From: Candidatus Nitrospira inopinata
Lineage (GTDB): Bacteria; Nitrospirota; Nitrospiria; Nitrospirales; Nitrospiraceae
DNA length: 32,000 bases
Assembly: GCF_001458695.1 (NCBI RefSeq)
Contig: NZ_LN885086.1
Span: 1,950,001-1,982,000, forward strand
Direction of reading: 5' to 3'
Position 1 is the first letter of the stretch; each line of letters opens with the position of its first letter. A program made the position numbers and the translations under genes. The notes beneath the pieces are model-generated. The model did no database searches and was not told the DNA's origin. It saw only the letters and a list, made by a program, of their open reading frames with translations. This document shows, piece by piece, positions 1 to 7,061 of the stretch.

Positions 1-82
1 GGGTGTTGGCGCGGAGGAAAGAGCAAAGGTCAGAGCCGACAGTCCTTGATGAAGTTTCCTCAGGTCGATAAACAAGATCGCT

Positions 83-649
83 CTAGCTCACCACCCGCGT
101 AAGCGTGTTTTCATCCGTATGATGAAACAAATCCGGACGGCCGGGCATGAGAAGCTGGGTGTCTTCCCGATAGTGAAAGTGATTCCGATCTAAGATCGTC
201 ACGGTCAACTCGTACCGCACGGTCTTGAACTCCTTGGCGAGAAACCGGTTTGAGCAAATGCCATAGGTGTCCGATCCGGCCTCGGCCAGCAGGGTAAAGG
301 TCTTGGCAGTGGGCTCGGCCGTGCCGCCGGCGATCAGCGCCACCCCGCGCGGCACGATGAAACAGCGCAACGCCTGTCGCTCCTCCGGATCCCAGAGCCA
401 GTAGCCGACTTCTTCATGGAAGGGATCGGTCTCCCCGATCCGCCGCGCCACCGTGGCGTAGCGTAAGCCGTACAACACCTGCTCGTGATTGCGTATCGGT
501 CCGATCGGCTCAAAAGTGATCCGTTCGCGAAAGACGTTTCGTTCCGTCCCGCGATCGTCCCCCGGAGCCACGTCCGCACCTTTATCCCCCTCCCACACAC
601 CGGCCAGCAGCGCCAGCGGCCCGAGCTGTTTAATCAGATCCGAATCCAT
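83..649 (-). CDS. Nitrobindin-like heme-binding beta-barrel protein (DUF1794/THAP4-like), about 188 aa
   Basis: Taken from ORF 83..748(-). I place the start at the internal ATG at 649 (MDSDLIKQLGPLALLAGVWEGDKG...). AAGGAGG (rc of 654-660) lies just upstream, and the 33-aa extension is Arg/His-rich. The N-terminal L-x-x-L-x-G-x-W-x-G-x-G motif and the size fit the DUF1794 family as I recall it. Confidence 0.7.
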   Translation of the reverse strand: MDSDLIKQLGPLALLAGVWEGDKGADVAPGDDRGTERNVFRERITFEPIGPIRNHEQVLYGLRYATVARRIGETDPFHEEVGYWLWDPEERQALRCFIVPRGVALIAGGTAEPTAKTFTLLAEAGSDTYGICSNRFLAKEFKTVRYELTVTILDRNHFHYREDTQLLMPGRPDLFHHTDENTLTRVVS

Positions 650-886
650 AAGGCCTCCTTCTTGTTGACGATGGGACACCGGTGAGGTGACAAAAGCCCG
701 GACTGCGCCATTCGTAACCGTTCCGTATCTGTGGCGAAGCCGGCTCACTATCCCAGTCGTACAGGTTGTCCGTCAAGCGGGAGATGGAGGTCGGGCCCAT
801 TCGTCGAAGCAGCAAAAGCGCCAAAACTCCTATTGCTTCGTCTTGGTATACGTGTTAAGACGGAGCCTCCTCACCGAAGAAACGGT

Positions 887-1207
887 ATGATCATGACTCG
901 AGACTCTCACGTGGCGCGACAGTTCGGCGCCAGCATCACGTTGAAGCGAGCAGAAAGTTCCGATCGGCAGCTTTTCCTTGTGAAATACGACCCATCCAAT
1001 CAGACGATCCCGGGCCGGGTGAAAGCCATGGGGGGGAAAATCGTTTTGAGTGCGTCCGGTTGGATGTTGGCGGAACTGCCCTTTTCGCCGGCCATGAGCC
1101 TTCAAAAGACCCCGGGATTTCATTTCGTCAGGGGAGTGTCGATTGACCAACGCCGGCTGGAGCTGTTTCGGCGTGCGGTCGAGGGAGCAAAATCCGATCG
1201 CGGATAA
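887..1207 (+). CDS. Small hypothetical protein (106 aa), first gene of the 887-4139 operon
   Basis: Taken from ORF 731..1207(+). The start is moved to ATG 887 (MIMTRDSHV...) because the upstream part of the ORF is Arg/Pro-rich and overlaps the divergent promoter region. Codon third positions are G+C-rich, as in neighbouring genes. The pattern LFLVKYD...GGKIV...GWMLAELP...PGFHFV loosely resembles subtilase prodomain/I9-like folds. That resemblance is only a weak impression. The RBS is weak. Confidence 0.5.
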   Translation: MIMTRDSHVARQFGASITLKRAESSDRQLFLVKYDPSNQTIPGRVKAMGGKIVLSASGWMLAELPFSPAMSLQKTPGFHFVRGVSIDQRRLELFRRAVEGAKSDRG

Positions 1208-1231
1208 ACCGACCGAAAGAAGGAGGTGCCT

Positions 1232-1753
1232 ATGCCCAGTGTAGGTCAGGAGTTGCTGGATACCCCGTTTCCGGAAATGGTCACCAAATTGGCCCTCGGC
1301 ATCGCCGCGGGGCAAACGGCGTTGGACGAAGCATCGGTGGCGACGGCGAAACTGTTGGCCGAGACGACCGTGCCGATCGTGCTGAACGTCACACAGACCA
1401 TCGCCGCCGACGGGACCGTCAGTTTCTCACAGTCGCCCCCCGTGGACGTCTCGTTGCTGCAGATCGGTCTGCTCCCGACGTTCTATCAGTTCACCGAGGC
1501 GACGATCGAAGTCACCATGGATATTAAGACCACCACAAGCCGCGAAACCAACGTGAAGATCGCGGCGCAGGCCAAGGTGGGCTTCGCGGTCTGGAGCGCT
1601 TCCGTAAAGGTGGACGTGGCGCATAACCGCAAATACGGCAAAGAGGTCAGGGGCACGGCCCGACTGTTCACGAGACTGGCTCCGGTGCCGCCTCCCCCGC
1701 GCATTGCGCCGGAAGTGACCGTGGTCGATAACCGTCAGGGTGGAGGCGTGTAA
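1232..1753 (+). CDS. Hypothetical protein, paralog A (173 aa). N-terminal helix, conserved PTFY...EATIEVTMDIK core, Pro-rich tail ending in GGGV
   Basis: Taken from ORF 1226..1753. I prefer ATG 1232 because AGGAGG at 1221-1226 lies 5 nt upstream. It is a clear paralog of the next gene. Its architecture recalls DUF2589-type proteins, but that is from memory and low confidence. Confidence 0.8.
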   Translation: MPSVGQELLDTPFPEMVTKLALGIAAGQTALDEASVATAKLLAETTVPIVLNVTQTIAADGTVSFSQSPPVDVSLLQIGLLPTFYQFTEATIEVTMDIKTTTSRETNVKIAAQAKVGFAVWSASVKVDVAHNRKYGKEVRGTARLFTRLAPVPPPPRIAPEVTVVDNRQGGGV

Positions 1754-2283
1754 TGTCGATTCGTCTGACTCCGCGCGACGCGAATGGAGGGCAAGAGCTG
1801 GCGGGGGCGTCGCTGGCCGACCTCATCACGCAACTGGCGGAAGCCGTCGCCGAGGGACAGGCGAAATTGGATCTGTCGTCGGCGCAGGTCGCAGCCGAGC
1901 TGGCGAAGACGAAGGTGAAATTCATTCCGGCTATTCGGCAGATCATTGAAAAAGACGGCTCCATGCGATTCGAGCAGGCCGAGCCGATGGAGGTCAGCCT
2001 GCTCGATCTGGGCCTTCAGCCGACGTTCTATTCATTCTCGGAAGCCACCGTGGAAGTCACCATGGATCTCAAAGTCGTCGAGGAAACCACCGCGACGGGA
2101 AGCGGCCGTGCGCCGGCCAAGATGCTGTTTGCCAGCACCAGGTCGTTGCGGACCGAGCGCAAGCTGAATCGTGACGTGAAAATCTCCTCGAAGATGTCCG
2201 CCAAATTGGTTCCCGTGCCGGCGCCACCGCTGCTCGGCCCGGTGCGTGACGTCGAAGACCGGCGCGAAGGGGGCGGCGCCTAA
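1753..2283 (+). CDS. Hypothetical protein, paralog B (176 aa), same architecture, tail ending in GGGA
   Basis: ATG 1753 overlaps the upstream TAA (TAATG at 1751-1755). GGAGG lies at 1742-1746. The core VSLLDLGLQPTFYSFSEATVEVTMDLK matches paralog A. Confidence 0.85.
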   Translation: MSIRLTPRDANGGQELAGASLADLITQLAEAVAEGQAKLDLSSAQVAAELAKTKVKFIPAIRQIIEKDGSMRFEQAEPMEVSLLDLGLQPTFYSFSEATVEVTMDLKVVEETTATGSGRAPAKMLFASTRSLRTERKLNRDVKISSKMSAKLVPVPAPPLLGPVRDVEDRREGGGA

Positions 2284-2308
2284 AGAGGAACGATAATGGA
2301 GGAGGCCG

Positions 2309-2794
2309 ATGGCGGGTGAGATGAAAGTCGAAGATCTGCTCGGCGAGTTGGGACAGGCGATCCATACGGCGCAGATGCGTCTCAACAAGCAGAGGCAGGA
2401 ACGACCTCCGGGGTCGGCGGGATTGCCCACCACTCTTTCCATCAGCGAGACCGATCTCGAAGTCAAGATTCTGTTTGAGGAAAAACAGGGAAGCGCCCTG
2501 GTGAGGCCGGTCGGCCGGGCTTCCGCCGATACGCCGTCCGCCGCCTTTTCCACGCTCCGCGCGAAGATCGTGGCGGTGGCCGATGAGGACGTCCGTCCGC
2601 CGCAACGGACTCCCTCCGACGTGCGCGAGGAGATCATCAAGCGTCCGGATATCGCGCGTCTTGCCAAGATCTTCGGCGATCTCCAGGTCACGACCACGTT
2701 CGTGCCGGAGGCGGCCCGCTGGCTGGTGGACGTGGTGGAGCCGTCCGGCTCCGTGCTGCGGCGCATTCAGGTGGAAGACGGGAAGTCCCAATGA
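2309..2794 (+). CDS. Hypothetical protein (161 aa) whose N-terminus repeats the helix + SETDLEVKILF motif
   Basis: GGAGGAGG at 2298-2305 precedes ATG 2309. LEDLLGELGQAIHTAQMRL and LSISETDLEVKILF mirror LADLITQLAEAVAEGQAKL and FSFSEATVEVTMDL of paralog B. Confidence 0.75.
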   Translation: MAGEMKVEDLLGELGQAIHTAQMRLNKQRQERPPGSAGLPTTLSISETDLEVKILFEEKQGSALVRPVGRASADTPSAAFSTLRAKIVAVADEDVRPPQRTPSDVREEIIKRPDIARLAKIFGDLQVTTTFVPEAARWLVDVVEPSGSVLRRIQVEDGKSQ

Positions 2795-3381
2795 GCCCCT
2801 CCAAAGCCTCCAAGACCTCCAAGAACGGCCCTGCGTCCGCCGGCTCTCCGTCCGGGCCGACGACCGATGACCGACTCCAAGCGTTGATCGCCGAAAATCG
2901 GAAGCTCGGAGAAGAGTTGCAGGAAGCCCAAAAACTGGCTGCGGCGCTCGAAAAAACCAACGCCCAGTCGATCGCCGCTCGCGACAAGGCGTTGAAAGAG
3001 GCGGAAGTCGTGAAAAAAACCGCCGCGGAACTGAAAGCCCAGGTTGAAGAGCTGGCGGCCTCCAACCGCAAAATGACCGCCGAGATCGCGCGTCTCGCGC
3101 GTCAGGTGGAGCGCACGCCGCTGAATCCGGTGTCGCCCGAGGAGGCGGCGGCTCTGTTCGATAAGTTCATCGGCGGCATGAAGCTGTCTCGCACGCTCGA
3201 ACTGCGCGATGTCAATCTTACCTTGAAGGTCGCCACGGGCAAGTTGGGCAACCAGACCGTCCTTTTGCTGCCGGAGCCGGGCGCGGTCGATCCGGCGTCG
3301 CTCCACGAACTGAAGTTCAACCTGCGCGGCACGAACGTTGCCGAGGCATCGGACGCCGATCGTCCGGTCAAACGCGGATGA
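2791..3381 (+). CDS. Coiled-coil protein (196 aa). Low-complexity Ser/Pro N-terminus, long heptad-rich helix, C-terminal LELRDVNLTLKV strand motif
   Basis: ATGA start/stop overlap at 2791-2794. The segment RLQALIAENRKLGEELQEAQKLAAALEKTNAQSIAARDKALKEAEVVKKTAAELKAQVEELAASNRKMTAEIARLARQ is typical coiled coil. Confidence 0.75.
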   Translation: MSPSKASKTSKNGPASAGSPSGPTTDDRLQALIAENRKLGEELQEAQKLAAALEKTNAQSIAARDKALKEAEVVKKTAAELKAQVEELAASNRKMTAEIARLARQVERTPLNPVSPEEAAALFDKFIGGMKLSRTLELRDVNLTLKVATGKLGNQTVLLLPEPGAVDPASLHELKFNLRGTNVAEASDADRPVKRG

Positions 3382-4139
3382 GCAAAGAATCCCCCTCGGC
3401 GCGGCTCAAACGGTTGAGTCAGGAGGGAAAGCTCGCCTATGAAGCCGGGCGCTACGGTGAAGCCGAGAAGTGCTGGCGCGCGGCCCTGCGATTGGCGAAA
3501 CATGGCGCGCCGGGCACGGCCGTGGCCCTGCGCAACAACTTGGCAGGACTGTTTCACGCTCAGAAAAAGTACGCTCTTGCGGCGAAGTACTTCGCCGACG
3601 CCCTTGCCGTCTGCTCTCACGAGGATCCGGCCGCCGCTCCTTTGCGCGCCACGATTTTAAACAATCTCGGCGAGCTGTATCGCACCCAGGGAAAGACCGA
3701 ACGGGCTGCCGCATCGTTCGAGCAGGCCATTGCAATTCTGGAACGGTCGGCGGGCGGTCCGACGGTTCAACTCGCCCCGATGCTGAACAATCTGGCCGAG
3801 CTTCATCGGGCTACGGGAAAGCGTGAGCAGGCCGAGCCGCTCTATCGACGGGCGTTGGATTTGCTGGAAAAGACGCTCGGGCCCACACATGCCCAGGTCG
3901 CCGTGGTTCATAACAATCTCGGCGGGCTGCTGCTCGACGCCGATCGATTGGAAGAAGCCCAAACGGCCTTCGAGCGCGCGTTCGCGGTCCTGAGTCAAAC
4001 ATTGGGAGAACGGCACCCGCAAACGGCGCAGGTCATGCTCAACTGCGCCACGGCGTTGCGCCGTCGAGCCCATTCCCTCGAATCCCAAGCTCGTGCCCTG
4101 TTGACCCAAGTAACCGCCGACCATGCCTCGAAGGGGTAG
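3378..4139 (+). CDS. Tetratricopeptide-repeat protein (TPR_10/TPR_12, kinesin-light-chain-like), 253 aa
   Basis: ATGA overlap at 3378-3381. Repeated modules of the form NNLAxLyxxxGkxxxAexlyxrAL occur (NNLAGLFHAQKKYALAAKYFADAL, LNNLGELYRTQGKTERAAASFEQAI, LNNLAELHRATGKREQAEPLYRRAL, HNNLGGLLLDADRLEEAQTAFERAF). Confidence 0.85.
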   Translation: MSKESPSARLKRLSQEGKLAYEAGRYGEAEKCWRAALRLAKHGAPGTAVALRNNLAGLFHAQKKYALAAKYFADALAVCSHEDPAAAPLRATILNNLGELYRTQGKTERAAASFEQAIAILERSAGGPTVQLAPMLNNLAELHRATGKREQAEPLYRRALDLLEKTLGPTHAQVAVVHNNLGGLLLDADRLEEAQTAFERAFAVLSQTLGERHPQTAQVMLNCATALRRRAHSLESQARALLTQVTADHASKG

Positions 4140-4234
4140 AGGGCGAATCATGGGCACCGCGGCGGACTCTTATCTCCTTTGAACCGGCATGAAAAACTGG
4201 GCGTGTGACAGGGGCACGATCCGGCTCCATCGGC

Positions 4235-4264
4235 TTTACCGACAAAAAAATCGCGTGGTATAGT
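4235..4264 (+). promoter_or_regulatory. Putative sigma70 promoter with extended -10 for the proA-like gene
   Basis: TTTACC (4235-4240), an 18-nt spacer, then TGgTATAGT (TG at 4256-4257, TATAGT at 4259-4264). A CGCCGC-TCGC-GCGGCG hairpin follows at 4268-4283 in the leader. Confidence 0.4.
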
Positions 4265-4334
4265 CTGCCGCCGCTCGCGCGGCGAGACGAGAATGGATCA
4301 ACCGCCCGCCCCACGGAGGTCGAGAGGAGTCTCA

Positions 4335-5711
4335 ATGCCGGAAGTTCCTGCCAAATTGTACGTCGAGAAATTGCTGAAGGAGAGCCGCAGTGACGCAAGG
4401 CGGTTGGCCTTGGTGTCGGCGGCTGTCAAGGATTCGGCGCTGCGAGCGATGGCCGATGAGCTGGAAGCCGATGAACAGGCGATTCTCGCCGCCAATGAGC
4501 GGGACGTCGACGCCCTTGGTGCGTCGTACGAGGGCGACGTCGGCAAGGACCGAATGAAGGACCGAATGAAGGAATTGGTGGCGCGCGTGCGTCTGACGGC
4601 CGAATCCATCAAGGAGATGGCCGATCGGCTTCGCGTCGTCGCCGACTTGCCCGATCCCGTCGGCGCCGTCACCGGCAGATGGGAAAGGCCGGATGGACTG
4701 CAGGTCGAGCGGGTTCGCGTTCCGATCGGGGTGATCGGCGTCATCTCGGAGATGACTCCGCTGGTAACGGTCGAATCGATCGCGCTGTGCCTCAAGTCCG
4801 GCAACCTCTGTGTTTTTCGGGGCGCCCCCGAGTGGAAGGAAACGCATCGGGCCCTGGAAACGGCGTTGCGCCGCGCGGTGGAACGAAGCGGGCTCGCCGC
4901 CGGCCCGTGGATCGTGATCGACCGCCCTGACAAAGAGATAGCCCTCGAACTGATACGGTCCGGTAAAAACCTTGACGCCTTGATCACGCGCGGAGGGATG
5001 GGGCTTCGCAAGGTCGTGATGGAACAGGCCAAGGTGCCGGTGTTGTGTCATGACGGAGGGTTAACGCACCTCTACGTCGATGGGGAAGTCGACCTTCCGC
5101 TGGCGCAAAACGTGGTCATTAACTCCAAAGTCCAACGGGCCGCAGCCGCCAATTCGCTTGATACGTTGTTGGTCGAACAGATCGTCGGACGGCAATTCTT
5201 GCCTCCGCTGATCAACCGGTTGCTCGAGCAATTCAAGGTCGAGGTTCGGGGTTGCCCCAAAACCATCGCCCTGATGGGGCAGATGGCGATGACGGGCCAC
5301 ACGGCGATCGTTCCGGCGACGGACGCCGATTGGCGGACGCAGTTTCTCGGGCCGATCTTGGCCGTGAAGATGGTGGAGGGACTGGATGAAGCGATCGCCC
5401 ACATTGCCGGCCACGGTCCTTGTCTCACGGCGGTGATCGCGACGGATCGCTATGAGTCGGCGATGCGATTCGCGCGCGAGGTCGATGCCGGGGCCGTGTT
5501 GGTCAACGCGTCCTCGCGGCTGAACGCGGGAGACGGTTTCGGGCTCGGGGCCGATATCGGTCTCGGCACGGCGCGCCTGCACGCCAAGGGGCCGATCGGG
5601 TTGGAGCAGTTGACTTGCGAGAAATACGTCGCCTTCGGAACCGGCCAATTGCGAGCGCCCCATCCGGTTCCGGACACCTACTTCGACGCCATCATGTTGA
5701 AACGGGCGTGA
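4335..5711 (+). CDS. proA: Gamma-glutamyl phosphate reductase (ProA) family protein that is divergent and lacks the catalytic Cys
   Basis: Taken from ORF 4293..5711. The start is set at ATG 4335 (MPEVPAKLY...) with GAGGAG upstream. The protein is collinear with ProA: VRVPIGVIGVISE..., ITRGGMGL, LVNASSRLNAGDGFGLGADIGLGTARLHAKGP. The nucleophile motif reads QRAAAANSLDTLLV instead of QRP(S/G)TCNxxExLLV. Confidence 0.75.
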   Translation: MPEVPAKLYVEKLLKESRSDARRLALVSAAVKDSALRAMADELEADEQAILAANERDVDALGASYEGDVGKDRMKDRMKELVARVRLTAESIKEMADRLRVVADLPDPVGAVTGRWERPDGLQVERVRVPIGVIGVISEMTPLVTVESIALCLKSGNLCVFRGAPEWKETHRALETALRRAVERSGLAAGPWIVIDRPDKEIALELIRSGKNLDALITRGGMGLRKVVMEQAKVPVLCHDGGLTHLYVDGEVDLPLAQNVVINSKVQRAAAANSLDTLLVEQIVGRQFLPPLINRLLEQFKVEVRGCPKTIALMGQMAMTGHTAIVPATDADWRTQFLGPILAVKMVEGLDEAIAHIAGHGPCLTAVIATDRYESAMRFAREVDAGAVLVNASSRLNAGDGFGLGADIGLGTARLHAKGPIGLEQLTCEKYVAFGTGQLRAPHPVPDTYFDAIMLKRA

Positions 5712-5756
5712 CGTCCGTCGGGCGTCCATCGCATCGCCGTCCGTCGAGGCAAATTC

Positions 5757-7007
5757 GTGACGGAGGAGAAAAACGACGAGATACGGAAGGCGCTTCACGA
5801 CCATCTTGCGCAGTGGGGGCTCAAGCGATGGGCGACGGCCCGCGAGTACCTTGCCTGGCAGCAACGACTGGTAGCTCCCGAAACTCTTGAACGATTCGCC
5901 GAACAAGCCGAGCGAAGACGAGGCGGCCAGTCGTGCGCCGACGTCGCCTTTTACGATCTCTCGGCTCAGCCAGGCCTCCTTTCCGTCCTTCACAGCCAAC
6001 GGTACGATTATTATGAATCCGCGGGGTTGTCCGTGGCGTCTCGTATCGGAGACGCCGCCTGCATCCTCGATTTTGGCTGCGGAGTGGGAATTCTCACGAC
6101 GTTCTACGCCCGTCTCTTTTCCGATCGCCGTTTCGTCGGAATCGATCGTTCGGAAGCTTCGATCGCGGCCGCGCGACGCAAGGCCGACGAACTGGGTTTG
6201 AGCAACGTCCGGTTTGAGTGTCTGGACGTCGGCGCCGATCGCAATGGGCCGTCCGAAGCCTATGATCTGATCCTGTCCACCCACGCGTTGGTTCAACACG
6301 AGCGGGACCCCGGTCTTCCGAGTGCGAGCTGGCGGACTTTTGAAAGGGCGCGGGACGCCGGTCAACAGGCGGCGTTCGAACGTCGCACCGGCATGGGGGC
6401 CAGGCTTGACCGGCTCGCTTCAGTCTTGACTCGACAAGGGCGGATGATCGCGCTCGAAAAAACCAGACAGCTCGCCAGGCGGGTGCCGTTTCAACGGGCC
6501 ATGGCGGCCAGGGGAATGCATTTAATCGAGAAGCCGGAGCTGATCAGATACCGGATTTTTGAAGATGCGACGGATGACGGTCCGCTCTATCACGTGAGGA
6601 AAGGAATCGAGCCTTCGCTGGAATGGGACGAGTCGCCGGAGCCCGATGACGGCCTTCCTTTTGATCCCGTCTGCGTCACCAAGTCGTCGCGCGAGGTCGG
6701 CGCTCCCCTGTACGAAAACCACAGGCCGTCAGCGCAAGCGGCGTGGGAACGGCTGATCGACCGCATTGTCACCAAAGAAGCGACCCGTCGGGAGCCGGAT
6801 GGCCGGGAACTGCACGTGGAGCTGGGTATCGCGAACGGGCTTGCCTATCTTTACTGCGCCAATACCTTTGATCAGCGACAATTGGTCGTATTCGAGTCGG
6901 CCCATGCACACGCGCTCGAATCGTATTATAGGGAGATTGTAGAAGGCATGCCGTCACCGGCGCCATCGGGGAATTCACCGCGCGCCGATCGCGAAAAACA
7001 GAAGTGA
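5757..7007 (+). CDS. Class I SAM-dependent methyltransferase with a long C-terminal extension (416 aa)
   Basis: GTG start at 5757. Motif I is ILDFGCGVGILT. An acidic residue follows at the end of strand 2 (FVGIDRS), then the post-I region CLDVGA. About 200 aa of C-terminal sequence are unassigned. Confidence 0.8.
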   Translation: MTEEKNDEIRKALHDHLAQWGLKRWATAREYLAWQQRLVAPETLERFAEQAERRRGGQSCADVAFYDLSAQPGLLSVLHSQRYDYYESAGLSVASRIGDAACILDFGCGVGILTTFYARLFSDRRFVGIDRSEASIAAARRKADELGLSNVRFECLDVGADRNGPSEAYDLILSTHALVQHERDPGLPSASWRTFERARDAGQQAAFERRTGMGARLDRLASVLTRQGRMIALEKTRQLARRVPFQRAMAARGMHLIEKPELIRYRIFEDATDDGPLYHVRKGIEPSLEWDESPEPDDGLPFDPVCVTKSSREVGAPLYENHRPSAQAAWERLIDRIVTKEATRREPDGRELHVELGIANGLAYLYCANTFDQRQLVVFESAHAHALESYYREIVEGMPSPAPSGNSPRADREKQK

Positions 7008-7016
7008 GAGCACCGC

Positions 7017-7047
7017 CGGCGAGCCGTTCGGAACATGCTTGGCTCGC
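7017..7047. terminator. Possible bidirectional terminator hairpin between the convergent methyltransferase and lon genes
   Basis: GGCGAGCC (7017-7024) pairs perfectly with GGCTCGCC (7040-7047). The loop is 15 nt and only a weak T-run follows (gttcttcc). Confidence 0.35.
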
Positions 7048-7061
7048 CGTTCTTCCCGAGC

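Noticed and set aside
731-886. N-terminal extensions given in the ORF track (e.g. 731-886, 4293-4334, 22184-22237, 28832-29056, 29829-29954, 26930-26992, 15912-15968, 17246-17347)
   Set aside because: In each case an internal start has a better Shine-Dalgarno sequence and/or coincides with the beginning of family homology. The extension is Arg/Pro-rich or overlaps the upstream gene.
5061-6365. Very long antisense ORFs: 5061-6365(-), 2032-2766(-), 2069-2791(-), 22187-23365(-), 23885-25645(-), 14520-15557(+), 15914-16810(+), 8592-9314(+), 4298-5032(-), 11777-12478(-)
   Set aside because: Each lies opposite a gene with unmistakable family motifs. Their translations are Arg/Pro/Gly-rich with no motifs, which is the typical shadow-ORF pattern in high-G+C DNA.
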